Assembly (NCBI GenBank): GCA_963812745.1
Contig: CAWEWE010000002.1
Span: 11,277-75,276 of the forward strand
Source of the DNA: an uncultured Chloroflexia bacterium
GTDB lineage: Bacteria > Chloroflexota > Limnocylindria > Limnocylindrales > CSP1-4
DNA: 64,000 nucleotides
Direction: 5' to 3'
The position numbers and the translations under genes were made by a program. Each line of letters starts with the position of its first letter. Position 1 is the first letter of the stretch. The notes beneath the pieces were generated by a model that was given only the letters and a program-made list of their open reading frames with translations, was not told the DNA's origin and did no database searches. This document shows, piece by piece, positions 63,301 to 64,000 of this stretch.

Positions 63301-64000
63301 GGACTGCGAGCGCGCCAGCGCCTCCATCAGGTTGGCGTTCACGATCGCGATCGACGCATGCGTCGCCAACGCCGTGAGCGTCTCGACGTCCGCAGTGCTG
63401 TACGCGCCCGGCTCGCGCGAGACGACCGACAGCACGCCGAGCGGGCGCGCGTCCTCGCCGGTCAGCGGCACCGCGATGACCGCTCGGATCCCGGCCTTGC
63501 GGATGAACGCCTCGATGCCGGGTGTCGTCTCGAAGCGGTCGTCGGCCAGGTAGTCGGCCGTCATCTGCGGCCGCTGCTCGGCGAACGCCAGCCCGGCCAC
63601 CGCCTGGCCCGGTTTGATCCCGCCGGTGCGTCCCCAATCCGGGACGTCGCGCATCGCGTCGCCGGCGGAGTACGCCCACAGCAACGACCCGGCCGCCTCG
63701 TCCCAGAGATCGATGCGCGAGCCATCCGAGCCCAGCAGCCGGGCGGCCTCGACGACGATGCGGTCCAGGACCTCGGTCGGATCGAGGATCGAGGAGACGC
63801 GGACGGCGATCTCGCGCAGCGTCCGCTCGGCGTCTGCGCGCTTCGCGTTCTCCTCGCGCGACCGCTCGAGCTCCGCGATGAGCCGCACGTTGGCGATGGC
63901 GACGGCCGCCTGGTCGGCGAGCCCGGCAAGGACCGCCGCGTCCTGGGCGTCGTAGCCGTCGAGGCGATCGGTGTACACGGTGACCGCCCCGATGACCTCG
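60379..64000 (-). CDS. Soluble multi-sensor histidine kinase (at least 4 GAF + 3 PAS + HisKA_3 + HATPase_c), 5' end beyond the window
   Basis: Repeated GAF modules are each preceded by a conserved linker LERS..RRAE.E.SLR.I.ARI.ALR.PDEVL. There are three PAS (RFRGLVQTTPD.., RYRYLVQNAPD.., RFRFLVQNSPD..), an H-box ARELHDSVTQALF, and an N-box EALHNVVKHA. The frame stays open to position 64000. Confidence 0.9.
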   Translation of the reverse strand, partial: EVIGAVTVYTDRLDGYDAQDAAVLAGLADQAAVAIANVRLIAELERSREENAKRADAERTLREIAVRVSSILDPTEVLDRIVVEAARLLGSDGSRIDLWDEAAGSLLWAYSAGDAMRDVPDWGRTGGIKPGQAVAGLAFAEQRPQMTADYLADDRFETTPGIEAFIRKAGIRAVIAVPLTGEDARPLGVLSVVSREPGAYSTADVETLTALATHASIAIVNANLMEALARSQSDVERRAEAEQSLRQIAARINALREPDEVLQDVVDEARRLLRADGAVIDQYDPERGTLRWAYDAGLPDAQREALKLNSLRLGKGAAGKAVAERRAVHVGDYSSAEIEHDDLTDSLAELARVRDLLAVPIIGEAGPLGAIEVISHQPDAFDELDGAVLAGLAEQAAIAITNARLIEELERSKLALARRAETERSLRDITARIAALRDPDEVLERVVEDAKRLLETDGAHLTRMAPDGGYLIPVVVAGGADVETRAWLLGMRFPLGGGINGLAAQGGVAVWTSDYLADPRIPHEPDDQAVARRMGLVGMAAAPLRAPGGEVIGTLAISTAQPRAFEADDLDLLQGLADQAAIALTNSNLLARVTQEEARFRGLVQTTPDVIWRADTEGIFTFMADAAEVLFGWPVDRIVGEHFAFLTDPDSMPIAVVAYKAVSRDPDLIERVPLTLVRRDGSTFAAEVTTAGVFEDGRWVGAQGTVRDVSERARLERDLRASEERYRYLVQNAPDLIWSIGADARLTFLSAAVERLTGFQPEELLGQHFGALVHESSSDVAEIDWTSALVGPSQEVRGRLNLRHRDGSAVPAEFIAIATLDDTGRFAGANGSVRDMRDHDRLERELRASEERFRFLVQNSPDIVFSTDSEGRFTFLSDAIARVTGHRAEDVIGQHFSVLVDQTTIPLAGNRWAELVAHPDREQQAALVLRGVDGRHVPVDVRAIGITDGDAFAGIQGATRDVSDQVRLENELRRQAGELAAGEERAHLARELHDSVTQALFSMTLVTRSVEMLLDRDPEAAREQLTQLRELQREALAEMRALIFELRPGNLEQDGLSRALKTHAAALQGRLGLPIVVDSELPERLPLPAEEVLYRIAQEALHNVVKHAAAHRVRVEVRRLDGGVRLRVEDDGKGFDVQRVPEGHLGLAGMRARSERVGARFSCTSEIGAGTTVEVTMDASVLERLAASTSVPRVTAPDEVTSIRDG

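Noticed and set aside
60368-63955. Many 100-480-aa ORFs on the plus strand and in other minus frames inside the histidine kinase gene (for example 60368..61819, 60752..61906, 62006..63127)
   Set aside because: They have low-complexity Arg/Ser/Pro-rich products with no motifs. The kinase frame explains the region completely.
1-64000. Search for tRNA, rRNA, tmRNA, RNase P, SRP RNA, transposases, integrases, phage genes and cas genes
   Set aside because: I found no T-loop GGTTCGA(A/G)TCC-type sequences, no rRNA-like conserved blocks, and no DDE/tyrosine-recombinase/Cas-like ORFs by eye. Absence is based on visual scanning only and should be confirmed with tRNAscan-SE, Infernal and HMM searches.

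Overview
This is a high-G+C segment (about 70% by eye, not computed) with Actinomycetota-type gene content. Markers include F420-linked LLM and DDN-family enzymes, PAC2, DUF1918, an Rv2578c-type radical SAM protein, LtrA, a WYL/YafY regulator, acyl-ACP desaturase, many GTG/TTG starts and frequent 4-bp ATGA/GTGA gene overlaps. I support about 70 protein-coding genes. I recognised no rRNA, tRNA, CRISPR array, transposase, integrase or prophage genes. Most long ORFs in the six-frame track are antisense artefacts of the high GC. The content is largely accessory: six TetR/MocR/LuxR/WYL regulators, three ECF-type sigma modules, a run of cupin/VOC/SnoaL/DHFR-like small enzymes, hydrolases, an ABC-2 exporter with a NEW3-like surface protein, and a large GAF/PAS histidine kinase with two response regulators that runs off the right edge. 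The leads I consider most worth follow-up are these. (1) An overlapping HipA-like kinase + DUF3037 gene pair of unknown function at 48359-49514. (2) Two MocR-type regulators, 28 kb apart, each divergently paired with a homologous unannotated 42-49 aa membrane micropeptide sharing an A-A-[LI]-R-x-G-x-D-S-R-x-x-I-G-D motif. (3) A GreA elongation factor fused to a ~245-aa N-terminal domain with GIY-YIG-like motifs. (4) A 428-bp non-coding region holding an 18-bp LexA/Cheo-type palindrome plus three copies of a 22-bp motif. (5) A SagB/ThcOx dehydrogenase fused to a membrane domain with no RiPP partners. (6) A secreted protein with clan-CD (caspase/gingipain-like) His/Cys motifs. In addition, four genes between 9.8 and 25.1 kb each need a single +1 frame correction, which means either pseudogenes or assembly insertions. 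All family assignments come from motif recognition by eye; no database search was run.
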